Assembly: GCA_037925075.1 (NCBI GenBank)
Contig: JAXSNR010000001.1
Span: forward strand, 1-64,000
Length of the DNA stretch: 64,000 nucleotides
Direction of reading: 5' to 3'
From: Aquificaceae bacterium
GTDB taxonomy: Bacteria; Aquificota; Aquificia; Aquificales; Aquificaceae
Shown here piece by piece: positions 9,309 to 19,899 of this stretch. Each line of letters starts with the position of its first letter. Within the stretch, counting starts at the first letter, position 1. A model generated the notes under the pieces. The model was not told the origin of the DNA. It saw nothing but the letters and a program-made list of their open reading frames with translations, and did not search any database. Position numbers and translations under genes: made by a program.

Positions 9309-11258
9309 ATGGAAGAACTTATAGAATCCCTCGGAATTAAACAGGATTTTGAAGCCTTTTTATCTGAAAAAGGTCTGAAAGCTTCAGAGGAAGCCCTTCT
9401 AAGGTTTTTGCAGGAAAGGGGCCTTCTTGAGGCTTACGAAAAATGGATAATTAACAAGGAAAGGATAAGCCTTGTAGAAAGGTATATAAACCTTGAAGAC
9501 TGGGAGGTAAGGGAAAATAGCAACATGACCTATTCCCTTCAAGGGCTAAACTTTTATATAACCTCTCATGTTAGCAGAACCTACTGGCTTGAAAGGATTT
9601 ATCCAAGGAAGATAAGAGAAGCTCATCTAAGGGGGGATTTTCACATCCATGACCTTCAAGTTCTTAGTGTCTATTGCGTTGGATGGGACCTGTGGGACCT
9701 TTTGCTCAATGGCTTTAGAGGTGTTCCTGGCAAAATAGAAAGCAGACCTCCAAAGCATTTCACATCAGCCCTCGGTCAGGTGGTAAACTTCCTTTATACG
9801 CTTCAGGGAGAGTCCGCTGGGGCTCAAGCCTTTTCTAACTTTGATACCCTACTTGCACCTTTTATAAGGTATGATAAACTCAGCTACGAACAGGTAAAGC
9901 AGGCAATTCAGGAGTTTGTTTACAACCTGAACATTCCCACAAGGACAGGCTTTCAGGCACCCTTCACAAACCTTACCTTTGACCTTAAGGTCTCTCCCAT
10001 ATATAAAGAACAGGCTGTCCTTATAGGGGGTGAATTAAAGGATGCGGTCTATGGGGAGTTTCAGGAAGAAATGGATATGTTGAACAGAGCCTTCTTTGAG
10101 GTTATGTTAGAAGGAGATGCCAAGGGTAGAGTTTTTACCTTCCCGATACCGACCTATAACATAACCCGTGATTTTGACTGGAATGATGTAAGATACGATG
10201 GGCTTTGGAAAATGACCGCAAAGTACGGTATTCCTTACTTTGCCAACTTTGTTAACTCTGAGATGAAACCTGAAGATGTTAGAAGCATGTGCTGTAGGTT
10301 AAGGCTTGACCTTAGCAAGCTTGAAAGAAAAGGTGGTAGCTTCTTTGGAGCAAACCCTCTTACTGGTTCCATAGGTGTGGTTACCATTAACATGCCAAGA
10401 TTAGGCTACCTTTCAAAGTCTGAAGAGGAGTTTTTCCAAAGGCTTTCTGAACTAATGGACCTTGCCATGGAAAGCCTTGAGATAAAAAGGGAGGTGCTTG
10501 AAGAACTAACAGAGAAAGGACTTTATCCATACTCAAGGTTTTATCTGAGAGATATAAAGTCAAGGTTCGGTCAGTATTGGAAAAATCATTTCTCTACTAT
10601 AGGCCTTGTGGGCATGAACGAGGCATGCCTTAACCTTCTTGGTGTTTCCATATCGGAGCCGGAGGGCAGAGACTTTGCCATAAGGGTCCTTGATTTCATG
10701 AGAGATAAGCTTCTTGAGTTTCAGAAGAGGACAGGCAATAACTACAATCTTGAAGCTACGCCTGCGGAATCCACAGCCTACAGGCTTGCCAAGCTTGATA
10801 AGAAGCTTTTCCCAGATATAGTGGTAGCAAACGAGCATAATTACAAAAAGGGGGCGGAGCCCTTTTACACAAACTCCACACAGTTGCCCGTTAACTATAC
10901 AGATGACCCCTTCCTTGTGCTCCAGCATCAAGAAGAGCTTCAAATAAGGTACACAGGCGGAACCGTAATACATTTCTTCGTTGGAGAGAGAATAGAGGAC
11001 ACAGAGGCTTTAAAAAACTTTGTGAGAAAAGTATGTGAAAAGTATAGAATACCTTACTTTACCATAACACCAACCTTCAGCGTTTGTCCCAACCATGGTT
11101 ATCTTCCCGGGGAATACGAAGAATGTCCGCATTGCGGTTCAAAGGTGGAGGTATATTCAAGGGTTGTGGGTTACCTTAGACCTGTCCATCAGTGGAACGA
11201 AGGTAAGAGGGAGGAGTTCAGGATGAGAAAGACCTTTAGAAAGGAGCTTATAGGATGA
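9309..11258 (+). CDS. nrdD: anaerobic (class III) ribonucleoside-triphosphate reductase
   Basis: H..GDFHIHDL, FTFPIPT, RSMCCRL, EATPAES, C-terminal CP.HG..CPHC and YSRVVGYLRP glycyl-radical loop. Confidence 0.95.
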   Translation: MEELIESLGIKQDFEAFLSEKGLKASEEALLRFLQERGLLEAYEKWIINKERISLVERYINLEDWEVRENSNMTYSLQGLNFYITSHVSRTYWLERIYPRKIREAHLRGDFHIHDLQVLSVYCVGWDLWDLLLNGFRGVPGKIESRPPKHFTSALGQVVNFLYTLQGESAGAQAFSNFDTLLAPFIRYDKLSYEQVKQAIQEFVYNLNIPTRTGFQAPFTNLTFDLKVSPIYKEQAVLIGGELKDAVYGEFQEEMDMLNRAFFEVMLEGDAKGRVFTFPIPTYNITRDFDWNDVRYDGLWKMTAKYGIPYFANFVNSEMKPEDVRSMCCRLRLDLSKLERKGGSFFGANPLTGSIGVVTINMPRLGYLSKSEEEFFQRLSELMDLAMESLEIKREVLEELTEKGLYPYSRFYLRDIKSRFGQYWKNHFSTIGLVGMNEACLNLLGVSISEPEGRDFAIRVLDFMRDKLLEFQKRTGNNYNLEATPAESTAYRLAKLDKKLFPDIVVANEHNYKKGAEPFYTNSTQLPVNYTDDPFLVLQHQEELQIRYTGGTVIHFFVGERIEDTEALKNFVRKVCEKYRIPYFTITPTFSVCPNHGYLPGEYEECPHCGSKVEVYSRVVGYLRPVHQWNEGKREEFRMRKTFRKELIG

Positions 11259-11995
11259 AATATGTGGCAGGCATGTCTTTGGGTGCAGAACATCCCCTTT
11301 GTCTTTTTAAAATCGGTGGCTTTCAAAAATTTACACTCATAGACTTTCCCGGCAGGCCCGCCTGTATAGTCTTTACGCAAGGCTGTAATTTCAGATGTGG
11401 ATACTGCTACAATCTAGAGCTTGTATTGCCGGAGAAGTTTGGTCCTACTATTCCCACGGAAAAGTTGCTTTCCTTCCTTGAGGAAAGAAGGGGGCTTTTG
11501 GAGGGTGTGGTTATAACCGGTGGTGAGCCAACCATTCAAAAAGGGCTTGAAGGCTTTATAGAGAGGGTTAAACAAATGGGATATGCCATAAAGTTGGACA
11601 CAAACGGAAGCCAGCCATATCTTCTAAAAAGGTTGTTGGAGAAGGGGCTTTTAGATTACATAGCCATGGATGTGAAGGCACCCCTTGAAAGGTACGAAGA
11701 AGTATGCGGTGTAAAGGTTGATGTGAGCAAAATAGTGGAAAGTATAGAGCTTATAAAGTCCTCTGGAGTGGATTACGAATTTAGGACCACCCTTGTCAAG
11801 GAACAGCTTAGCAAGGAAGACATACTGAAGATAGCGGAGCTACTGAAGGGTTCAAAGAGGTACTACCTGCAAAGGTTTATACCGGGCAAAACCCTTGACC
11901 CATCCTTTTCTAAAAGGACCACCTACACCGATGAGGAGTTTTCAAGTATAGTAGATAACATAAAAGATTACTTTCAAGAATGCTCCTTTAGATAA
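11255..11995 (+). CDS. nrdG: anaerobic ribonucleotide reductase activating protein (radical SAM)
   Basis: GCNFRCGYC, TGGEPT, LDTNGS, YEFRTT; adjacent to nrdD. Confidence 0.92.
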   Translation: MKYVAGMSLGAEHPLCLFKIGGFQKFTLIDFPGRPACIVFTQGCNFRCGYCYNLELVLPEKFGPTIPTEKLLSFLEERRGLLEGVVITGGEPTIQKGLEGFIERVKQMGYAIKLDTNGSQPYLLKRLLEKGLLDYIAMDVKAPLERYEEVCGVKVDVSKIVESIELIKSSGVDYEFRTTLVKEQLSKEDILKIAELLKGSKRYYLQRFIPGKTLDPSFSKRTTYTDEEFSSIVDNIKDYFQECSFR

Positions 11996-13874
11996 CCACG
12001 CCACCTTTTACAAACTCAAGCACTTTCTCTTTTATACCCTCCGCGTCTATGCCTACAAGGTTTCTCAACAAGTTTTGGTTTCCATGCTCTATGAACCTGT
12101 CGGGAATCCCAAGGGTAAGGACCTTTTTGCTGTAGCCCCTTTTTGCCAGCCACTCAAGCACTCCAGAGCCAAAGCCACCTATAAGCACGTTGTCCTCTAC
12201 AGTCACCATAAGGTCGTATTTGTTAGCCAATTCTTCCAAAAGCTCTTCATCCATGGGCTTTACAAACCTTGCATTCACCACTCCAAAGTCAAGCCCTTCC
12301 TTCATTAGCTCCTCTGAAGCTTTAAGGGCTTGATAGACCGTATAGCCCACACCCAAGATAAGGCCATCTTTGCCTTCCTTTAAAACTTCCCAGCTTCCCA
12401 CCTTGATAAGCTTAAAACCCTCGGTAGGCACACCGTAAGCGGGTCCCCTTGGGTACCTTATGGCAAAGGGTCCGTTGTAATGCAGGGCTGTATAAAGAAG
12501 GTCTCTAAGCTCTTGTTCATCCTTTGGCGCGGAGACAACCATGTTGGGAATGCATCGCAGGTACGAAAGGTCAAAAACTCCATGGTGTGTGGGACCATCA
12601 TCACCCACGAGGCCACCCCTATCTATGGCAAAGACCACATGCAAGTTTTGAAGGGCAACATCGTGTATAACTTGGTCATAGGCTCTCTGGAGAAAGGTAG
12701 AATAGTAGCAGGTTACAGGCTTTAGACCACCAACCGCAAGGCCACCCGCAAAGGTGCAAGCGTGCTGTTCCGCAATACCCACATCAAAAAACCTCTCTGG
12801 AAACCTCTGACTAAACTCCACAAGACCCGAACCCTCCTTCATGGCTGGTGTTATAACCACTATATTTGGGTCCTTCTCCGCAAGCTCCACTATGGCTTTG
12901 CCAAGGACGGAGGTCCATGTGGGTGGAGAGGGCTTTTTTATAAACTCACCCGATTCCCTCTTGTAGGGTGCCACGCCATGCCATGTGACCGGGTCGTTTT
13001 CCGCGGGCTTGTATCCTTTGCCCTTCTTTGTGTAAATATGCAAGATAACAGGACCCACCATGTGCTTTAAGTTCTCAAGGGTTTTCTCAAGGGCTGGAAG
13101 GTCGTGCCCATTAACCGGACCTATGTAGTTAAACCCGAGCTCTTCAAAGATTACCCCCGGAGAGATAAGCCCCTTTAGAAACTCCTCCGTTAGCTTCATA
13201 ACTCTGAGAGCTGGACTTCCTAAATGCTCAAGCAGGTGTTTTACCTTCTGTCTTGTCTCTTGTACAAAGTGCCCGCTAAGGATCTTACTCAGATAGGTGG
13301 ATATAGCTCCCACGTTGGGAGAGATGGACATTTCGTTGTCGTTGAGGATAACTATAAACCTGTTTGGTCTTAGGTGCCCCGCGTTGTTTAGGGCTTCAAA
13401 GGCCATGCCTGCGGTCATAGCACCATCGCCTATTACCGCCAACACATACCTATCCTTCTCTCCCAGAAGGTCAAAGGCTTTTCTAAAGCCCAAGGCTGCG
13501 GATATGGAAGTGGAGCTATGGCCCGCACCAAAGGCATCAAAGGGACTCTCTTCCCTTCTGAGAAAACCCGATATGCCACCGTACTGTCTAAGGGTTGGAA
13601 AAAGCTCTTTTCTGTCGGTGAGTATCTTCCAAGGGTATGCCTGATGCCCTATATCCCACACTATCACATCCTTTGGAGACTCAAAAACCCTCAAGAGTGC
13701 GATGGTAAGCTCAACCACACCAAGCCCGGGTGCTACATGTCCACCGTTTTTTGCGGTAACCTCTATGAGATAATCCCTTACCTCTTCCGCAAGCTTTTCT
13801 AAATCCTTGTAGTCATACCTTTTGAGGTCTATAGGACCACCGTAATCCTTCAAAAGTTCGTACCTTTCCAGCAT
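11988..13874 (-). CDS. dxs: 1-deoxy-D-xylulose-5-phosphate synthase
   Basis: GGH...LGVVELT, WDIGHQAY, GHSSTSIS, GDGAMTAG, DVGIAEQH, DGPTHHG. Confidence 0.97.
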   Translation of the reverse strand: MLERYELLKDYGGPIDLKRYDYKDLEKLAEEVRDYLIEVTAKNGGHVAPGLGVVELTIALLRVFESPKDVIVWDIGHQAYPWKILTDRKELFPTLRQYGGISGFLRREESPFDAFGAGHSSTSISAALGFRKAFDLLGEKDRYVLAVIGDGAMTAGMAFEALNNAGHLRPNRFIVILNDNEMSISPNVGAISTYLSKILSGHFVQETRQKVKHLLEHLGSPALRVMKLTEEFLKGLISPGVIFEELGFNYIGPVNGHDLPALEKTLENLKHMVGPVILHIYTKKGKGYKPAENDPVTWHGVAPYKRESGEFIKKPSPPTWTSVLGKAIVELAEKDPNIVVITPAMKEGSGLVEFSQRFPERFFDVGIAEQHACTFAGGLAVGGLKPVTCYYSTFLQRAYDQVIHDVALQNLHVVFAIDRGGLVGDDGPTHHGVFDLSYLRCIPNMVVSAPKDEQELRDLLYTALHYNGPFAIRYPRGPAYGVPTEGFKLIKVGSWEVLKEGKDGLILGVGYTVYQALKASEELMKEGLDFGVVNARFVKPMDEELLEELANKYDLMVTVEDNVLIGGFGSGVLEWLAKRGYSKKVLTLGIPDRFIEHGNQNLLRNLVGIDAEGIKEKVLEFVKGGVVI

Positions 13875-13916
13875 GCTTTATAAAGCTATGCCCTACCTTT
13901 TACCTTTCAAGGTATA

Positions 13917-14312
13917 TCAAGAGAAGAAAACCAGCCTAAGCATCCATCCTGTGAAAAGCTGGAAAAGGGTAAGCAAAAGCCCCACAACAGGAAGGATAAG
14001 CATCCTCTTACCAGCAGTTTCTCCCTTAAACCAAAAAACCACAAAGTTAAGCACCGAAAAGGCAAAGAGAAATACACCGTTCCACTTGTGAGGAAAACCC
14101 CATATAAAGGGCACCTTTGATTGCACCAGAGGGACGGAGGAAACACCAAAGCCAAAGATCACCGAAAGGAGGGCAGAAACTATCAAGAGCACATTCAGGT
14201 AGAGAGCGTACTTTATTGCACTTTTTACCTTTAGCAGGCTAACCATGTAAAGGCTAAAAACAACAAGGGCTAAAAGTATGGTAGGGTAGGAAAAAAGAGG
14301 GTGCAAAACCAT
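13917..14312 (-). CDS. hypothetical membrane protein (about 4 TM segments, two His)
   Basis: Hydrophobic 131-aa ORF; start overlaps the reverse gyrase stop. Confidence 0.7.
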   Translation of the reverse strand: MVLHPLFSYPTILLALVVFSLYMVSLLKVKSAIKYALYLNVLLIVSALLSVIFGFGVSSVPLVQSKVPFIWGFPHKWNGVFLFAFSVLNFVVFWFKGETAGKRMLILPVVGLLLTLFQLFTGWMLRLVFFS

Positions 14313-17300
14313 TAGAACACCTCCAACTTTTTATCCACTTCTATTATACTCCTATACAAGTTTTTAAGTATATTCATATAGTCCTCTTTGCCTTCCTCCA
14401 CCATATCCATAAGCTCTTCAAGCCTTCTTGTGAACTCCTCCTTGAGAAACTCATGGACCTCTTCCCTGCTCTGGAAGTAGTTATAAACCTCCTTTCCAAG
14501 CCTTGTAGGAATAAGAAATCCCTTGTTTTCTATCACATAACCCCTTTCTATGAGCTTTTCCACTATGCTGGCGTATGTGGAGGGTCTTCCTATGCCTCTT
14601 CTTTTCATCTCTTGGACAAGCTCTCCATGAGTGTAGAGGTAAGCCTTAGGCTGTGAAATTAGCTGTTTTCTTTGGGAGATATCTACCACCCCCACGAGAG
14701 GACTGTAAACCTCCAAAGCTGTTAGCCTGTTCCACCCATCCTCTAATACCTCCACAGGTACCTCAAGCTCCTTTTCTTTTTCACCAGCCTGAATACGAAG
14801 CTTATAAACCTTTAGCTTTACAGGTCTCATCTGACTTGCTATGAAACGTTTGAAGATAAGCTCATAAAGTTGTATATGCTCTCTGGTAAGCCCTTCCACT
14901 TGACCGGTAAGGAAAAGGGCTCTGAGTTCTTCGGGCTCTATGCTTTTCGTAGGTCTTATGCACTCGTGGGCTCCACCCTCACCCCATGTTCTTGGGTGTG
15001 AGTATTCTTCTCCAAACTCCTCCCTTATGTAGTCCTTTGCAATGCTTAAGCCATAATCGGAAACCCTTGTGGAGTCTGTTCTGTGATAGGTTATGTATCC
15101 CAGTTCAAAAAGGGTCTGGGCAAGCCCCATGGTTTTTGGAAGAGACCACCTGTGGGCGTCGCTGGCGGACTTAAGCATGGTATCGGTGCTAAAGGGTGGT
15201 GGTGGATTTCTCAGCTCTTCCTTTTCTTCTATGAGTTTAACCTTTATCTGTGATAGCTTAGAGTAGAAGCTTTCCGCATCCCTCTTGTTTTCAAAGCTCC
15301 AATCAACCTTTAGCCTTCCATCCTTATCTATGGCAAATACAACCCTGTAGACCTTCTGCCTGTATTCCTTTTCCCTCTGTATTATCCAGCCAAGAACTGG
15401 CGTTTGAACCCTTCCCGCGGAAAGCCAGTGTTTCCCAAAGGCATTTTGCAAAAGCTTTGAAAACTCAAAGCCAACCCATCGGTCTGATACCCTCCTTAAA
15501 ACCTGAGCCTTTACAAGGTTAAGGTTAAAATCCCTTGTCTCTTTGAGAGCCCTCTTTATAGCCTTCTTTGTAACCTCGTGAAACTCCATCCTTTTAATGT
15601 TATGGTTGTACACCCTCAGCATCTGTGCCACATCCCAACCTATCTTTTCACCCTCCGTGTCCGGGTCTGTGGCTATAAGCACCTCCTGAGCCTCCACAGC
15701 CATACGTCTTAGGCTTTGAATTATCTTTTCCTTTCCTTCTATAGCTTCATAAACGGGCACGGGCACTCCGTTCATGTACACGCCATGAAAGCCCTCCTCT
15801 TTGTTAAGGTCAAGCACATGTCCAAGGCTTGCGGTTATCATTATGTACCTGTCCTCTGCGGAAGTTTCCAAAAGCTCATGCTCTCCTACCCTTCTCCTTA
15901 CCGCCTTACCGAAAAAGCTGGCTATAGTCTTTGCCTTGTTGGGAGACTCTACCACAATAAGCACAGGCTTTAAAAGCTCCTTACTTTCTGGTGTCTCTTC
16001 ATCCGCTAAAAATCTTCTTATTTTCTCCCTGTCTTTGTCTATCTCTTCCAAAAGTCCCTTTAGCCTTTCATCCCTAAACCTTTCAAACTCTATATCCTCG
16101 TTAAACCACTTTACCTTTTTTATCAGATGCTTAAAGGACCTTGGGTCATCCACAAGCACAAGGCTTATGCCTTTGCTTATACCCCCCGCAAACATGCGAG
16201 AGACCCTTCCGCTTGCCTGAAGGTAGCCCGTCGCATCGGACACCACCATCTGATAGCCTTCTTCCGTTTTTCTCAGGGTGATCTCTTCTGAAGTCTGAAT
16301 GAGCTTTAGAACCTCCTCTTCCGCAAGAAAGCTTCCCACCTCCTGCCTAAGCTTGTTTATCCTTTCCACCAGCTCTGGCTTGTCCTTTAGAAAGTCTTCG
16401 CTTAGATACTGGTATTTCCTCAGGCTTTCCAGCCAACGGTCTAAACTCTTTAACTTCTCAGGCAGTTTTTTGGCTATAAGGCTTCTCAAGGACATGAGGG
16501 CCCAAAGGAGATGGGAAAGGTTTTTTTCAAACTTCAGGGATATAACTATCTTAGGAACGCCGTAGAAGATGGCATACCTTATCACATGAGGTATATCTAT
16601 GCCCCTCGCAAGAGGGTTTTTGTAGGAGGCTATGCCCACAAGCAGGTCTATCTTGCCCTCCTCGTAGTCCCTTAGCACCTCTTCGTCCAGTTTCTCGTAG
16701 GAAACCGCCCTTATTCCCCCTTCTTGCAAGCTTTTTATTACCTCATCCACATGTTCCTTTTTCTTATCCGAAGGTACAAAGAGAAGCCCACCCTTTCCCA
16801 AAAGCCTTACCCATTCCTCCAAGGGTCTTGAGTCTATGCTGTCATACAGGTCAATCACATTTCTAAGGTAAAAGGTGGGCGTTCCCACCTCAAAGCCCAA
16901 AAGCTCCCTAAAGAGTTTTATCCTGTTTGAGCGAGGGTTAGAGGTGGCGGAAGATACCACAAGGACCCCCTTTCTCTTTTCTGAAATCCTTTTTACCTCC
17001 TGCGAAAGCCCCCTTATAGCTTCCCAATCCCTCTCATCCTTGTTTCTTTTCTCTTTGAGTCTTATAAGCCTCATGGCAAGGTCTATATCTTCTTGAGAAA
17101 AGCCAAGTAAAAGAAGGAGCTTGTCTATGTTTTTTGCGGTCTTTAGGAAAGAATCCACATCATCCACAAAGATAAAATCAAAGTTTTTGGGTATGGCTTC
17201 TTGATTTTTATACAGGAACATGGAAGTGGTCACTAGCACCTTAAAGCTTCCTTCCTGAAGCTTTGCCTTTTTTATGTCCTTTTGTCTCTGGCCATCTTCG

Positions 17301-17746
17301 GAAAAGTAGAGTATATCTCCCTCTTTAAGTCCAAAGTGGAGAAGTTTTTGAACCGTTTGGTCTACGAGTATACGCGTAGGAAGTATCACATAAGACCTTT
17401 TGCCCTTCTTTGCAAGATAGCTTACCATAGAAAGACCAAAGGAGGTTTTTCCCACACCCGTGGGTGCCAAAAGACCAAAGGAGTTTCCAAGAAGTACCCT
17501 TTTAGCCCAACTGAGCTGAAGGCTCCAAGGCTTTGACCTAAGATAGCCCTCAAAATGCTCCTCCCACCACCTTAGCTCCTCTTCTACTCCACAAAGTTTT
17601 GTAAGCTCGCCCTCCTTCAAAAGACCCTCGCAGTGGTCTCCAACCCTTGGCATACACTTCTCACAGGGAAGCCCAAGTTCAAGCCTTTCTGAGCTTATAT
17701 CTCCTCCACAATTGGGACACAAATTCTTAAAGAAGCTTTCTATCAT
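14312..17746 (-). CDS. rgy: reverse gyrase
   Basis: N-terminal CPNCGG..C..C Zn finger, APTGVGKT, DDVD helicase-like domain, VESPNKA, ATDPDTEGE, SAGRVQ, ITYHRTDS topoisomerase IA. Confidence 0.97.
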   Translation of the reverse strand: MIESFFKNLCPNCGGDISSERLELGLPCEKCMPRVGDHCEGLLKEGELTKLCGVEEELRWWEEHFEGYLRSKPWSLQLSWAKRVLLGNSFGLLAPTGVGKTSFGLSMVSYLAKKGKRSYVILPTRILVDQTVQKLLHFGLKEGDILYFSEDGQRQKDIKKAKLQEGSFKVLVTTSMFLYKNQEAIPKNFDFIFVDDVDSFLKTAKNIDKLLLLLGFSQEDIDLAMRLIRLKEKRNKDERDWEAIRGLSQEVKRISEKRKGVLVVSSATSNPRSNRIKLFRELLGFEVGTPTFYLRNVIDLYDSIDSRPLEEWVRLLGKGGLLFVPSDKKKEHVDEVIKSLQEGGIRAVSYEKLDEEVLRDYEEGKIDLLVGIASYKNPLARGIDIPHVIRYAIFYGVPKIVISLKFEKNLSHLLWALMSLRSLIAKKLPEKLKSLDRWLESLRKYQYLSEDFLKDKPELVERINKLRQEVGSFLAEEEVLKLIQTSEEITLRKTEEGYQMVVSDATGYLQASGRVSRMFAGGISKGISLVLVDDPRSFKHLIKKVKWFNEDIEFERFRDERLKGLLEEIDKDREKIRRFLADEETPESKELLKPVLIVVESPNKAKTIASFFGKAVRRRVGEHELLETSAEDRYIMITASLGHVLDLNKEEGFHGVYMNGVPVPVYEAIEGKEKIIQSLRRMAVEAQEVLIATDPDTEGEKIGWDVAQMLRVYNHNIKRMEFHEVTKKAIKRALKETRDFNLNLVKAQVLRRVSDRWVGFEFSKLLQNAFGKHWLSAGRVQTPVLGWIIQREKEYRQKVYRVVFAIDKDGRLKVDWSFENKRDAESFYSKLSQIKVKLIEEKEELRNPPPPFSTDTMLKSASDAHRWSLPKTMGLAQTLFELGYITYHRTDSTRVSDYGLSIAKDYIREEFGEEYSHPRTWGEGGAHECIRPTKSIEPEELRALFLTGQVEGLTREHIQLYELIFKRFIASQMRPVKLKVYKLRIQAGEKEKELEVPVEVLEDGWNRLTALEVYSPLVGVVDISQRKQLISQPKAYLYTHGELVQEMKRRGIGRPSTYASIVEKLIERGYVIENKGFLIPTRLGKEVYNYFQSREEVHEFLKEEFTRRLEELMDMVEEGKEDYMNILKNLYRSIIEVDKKLEVF

Positions 17747-17767
17747 GGGTCTCTATTTTATAGCAGG

Positions 17768-19063
17768 TTATTCCCCCTCTCTGCCCTTTAGAAGAAGCCT
17801 TATAGGTGCATGCCTTACGCCAAGGTGCTCCCTCAACTTTTTTTCAAAAAACCTCATATAGTCCCTTCTCCAAAGCTCAGGGTCGTTGGTGAAAACCACC
17901 ACAGTGGGAGGTCTTGTGCTTTCCTGAAAGGCGTAATAAACCTTTACTTCCTTGCCTTTGTATGAGGGCGGATGCTTTTCCCTTATAACCTTTTCCACTG
18001 CTCTGTTTACAAAGGAAGTTTTATGTTGTAGGTTGTAGTCTTCCCAAACCATCTGACAGACCCTTAGAAGCTCCTCAACTCCTTCACCCTTTATGGCGGA
18101 TGTTAGCACTATGGGTGCAAAATCAAGAAAGTATAGCTCCCTTCTTAGGTAGGCTTCTATCTCCCTTTTGCCTGCTTTGACGAGGTCTATCTTGTTGCCC
18201 ACAATAACACAGCCCCTGTGCCTTCTTTCTATTAGCCCACCTATTTTTTTGTCTTGGTCTGTTATACCTTCCGAGAGGTCTATAACCAAGCAAGAGATGT
18301 CCGAAAGCTCTATGGCTTTTATGGACCTTCCAACGGAAAAAAACTCCACACCGTATTCAACCTTGCTTTTTCTCCTTATGCCCGCGGTGTCTATCAGGAC
18401 AAAATCCTTTCCATCAAAGGAAAAGGGTACCTCTACGGCATCCCTGGTGGTCCCCGGAATGGGAGAGACTATAACCCTTTCTTCTTTAAGTATGGCGTTA
18501 AGCAAAGAGGATTTTCCCACATTGGGCCTTCCCACGAAGGCTATACGTATGCCTTCTATGACTCTTTCTTCCCCTTCTGGAAGCAGTTCCAATACACTGT
18601 CAAGTAGCTCGCCTATACCTCTTCCATGCTGGGCGGATACGGGAAATACTCTTTCAAAGCCAAGAGAATAAAACTCGTACACCCTATCTTCAAGCTTGCT
18701 GTGGTCAATCTTATTTACCACAAGAAACACCTTTTCTTTGTAAGGATAAAGTAGCTCGGCGATATACTGGTCTCCTGCGGTAAGCCCCTCCCTACCATCT
18801 ACTACAAAGATGACCGCCTTTACCTCGGACAAAACCCTTTGGACTTGTCTTTTTACACCTTCGGTGATTTCATCACCCTTCTCAAGAACTCCGCCCGTGT
18901 CCGCCACCGTAAAGCTTTTACCCTGCCAACGAACTATTCCCTCCACCATGTCCCTTGTAACCCCGGGCATATCATGAACTATGCTTTTTCTCCCCTTTAC
19001 AAGCCTGTTAAAAAGGGTAGACTTTCCCACGTTTGGTCTTCCCATTATAAGAACATCCGCCAT
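17768..19063 (-). CDS. der: ribosome biogenesis GTPase Der
   Basis: Two GRPNVGKS G-domains, DTGG/DTAG, NKID, C-terminal KH-like domain. Confidence 0.96.
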   Translation of the reverse strand: MADVLIMGRPNVGKSTLFNRLVKGRKSIVHDMPGVTRDMVEGIVRWQGKSFTVADTGGVLEKGDEITEGVKRQVQRVLSEVKAVIFVVDGREGLTAGDQYIAELLYPYKEKVFLVVNKIDHSKLEDRVYEFYSLGFERVFPVSAQHGRGIGELLDSVLELLPEGEERVIEGIRIAFVGRPNVGKSSLLNAILKEERVIVSPIPGTTRDAVEVPFSFDGKDFVLIDTAGIRRKSKVEYGVEFFSVGRSIKAIELSDISCLVIDLSEGITDQDKKIGGLIERRHRGCVIVGNKIDLVKAGKREIEAYLRRELYFLDFAPIVLTSAIKGEGVEELLRVCQMVWEDYNLQHKTSFVNRAVEKVIREKHPPSYKGKEVKVYYAFQESTRPPTVVVFTNDPELWRRDYMRFFEKKLREHLGVRHAPIRLLLKGREGE

Positions 19064-19209
19064 AAGGGAAAAGTTTAAATCAAACTGGGTTTTAATCAGT
19101 TATCACCTAAAGCATGTTGCGGTTATAAACCAAGATAAAAAACCCTTGACAAAATTTTTGCACAGTATAGATTTATTAGTAAGTAATTCTTTACTAAGGA
19201 GGTACAGCC

Positions 19210-19887
19210 ATGAGTGTAGGGTGGTTGGAGGTAGTAGTCGCAACCCTTCTTGTCTCCCTTGTTATCAGCCTTGTCCTCGCAAGGGGACGCCATTGGCTTG
19301 AGCCGGGCTTTTGGAAAGTGGCAGCCACAATTACAAGCTCGGTTATGGCTATCACGCTGGTTCTCTTGACTTTCCACACTGTTCAGGCTATAAGCATGGG
19401 GAGTAAGCGTGTTCCGAGACCGGAGGTGATAAACAAGGAAATAGGCTATGTCTACAATGCGGACAGAAGGGCTATGGAGCCTGTGTTTGGAAAAGAGGTG
19501 GGTCTTTTTGGGAAGGTATGGAGTCAGCAAGAAGCGGAAGAGTTGATAACAAAGGGGAAGCTTGTTATCCAGAGTAGGAACTGTATGGACTGCCACTCTC
19601 TTCTTGGAAATGGAGCTTACTATGCTCCAGACCTAACAAAAGCCTGGCTTGACCCAAAGTGGGATAAACAGATAATGCCCATGGTAGGAGCAAGTTCAAG
19701 GGAAGAAGCCATGAAGGTATGGCTCATGAACCCCGACAAGTATCCCACTTGGGTAAGGAAGATGCCCAACCTCAGGCTTACGGAAGATGAAGCTAAAACT
19801 GTTGTAGCATACCTCAAATGGATGTCAGCCATAGACACCAATGGCTTCCCAGCAAACTTTCCTGAGGTTCAAGTATCACAAAAATAA
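19210..19887 (+). CDS. norC: nitric oxide reductase cytochrome c subunit
   Basis: NCMDCHSLLGNGAYYAPDLTK heme c motif, MPNL, DTNGFP; precedes norB. Confidence 0.93.
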   Translation: MSVGWLEVVVATLLVSLVISLVLARGRHWLEPGFWKVAATITSSVMAITLVLLTFHTVQAISMGSKRVPRPEVINKEIGYVYNADRRAMEPVFGKEVGLFGKVWSQQEAEELITKGKLVIQSRNCMDCHSLLGNGAYYAPDLTKAWLDPKWDKQIMPMVGASSREEAMKVWLMNPDKYPTWVRKMPNLRLTEDEAKTVVAYLKWMSAIDTNGFPANFPEVQVSQK

Positions 19888-19899
19888 GGAGGTGTAGTC

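Noticed and set aside
19085..19140. FNR/DNR box upstream of norC
   Set aside because: No acceptable match to TTGAT-N4-ATCAA
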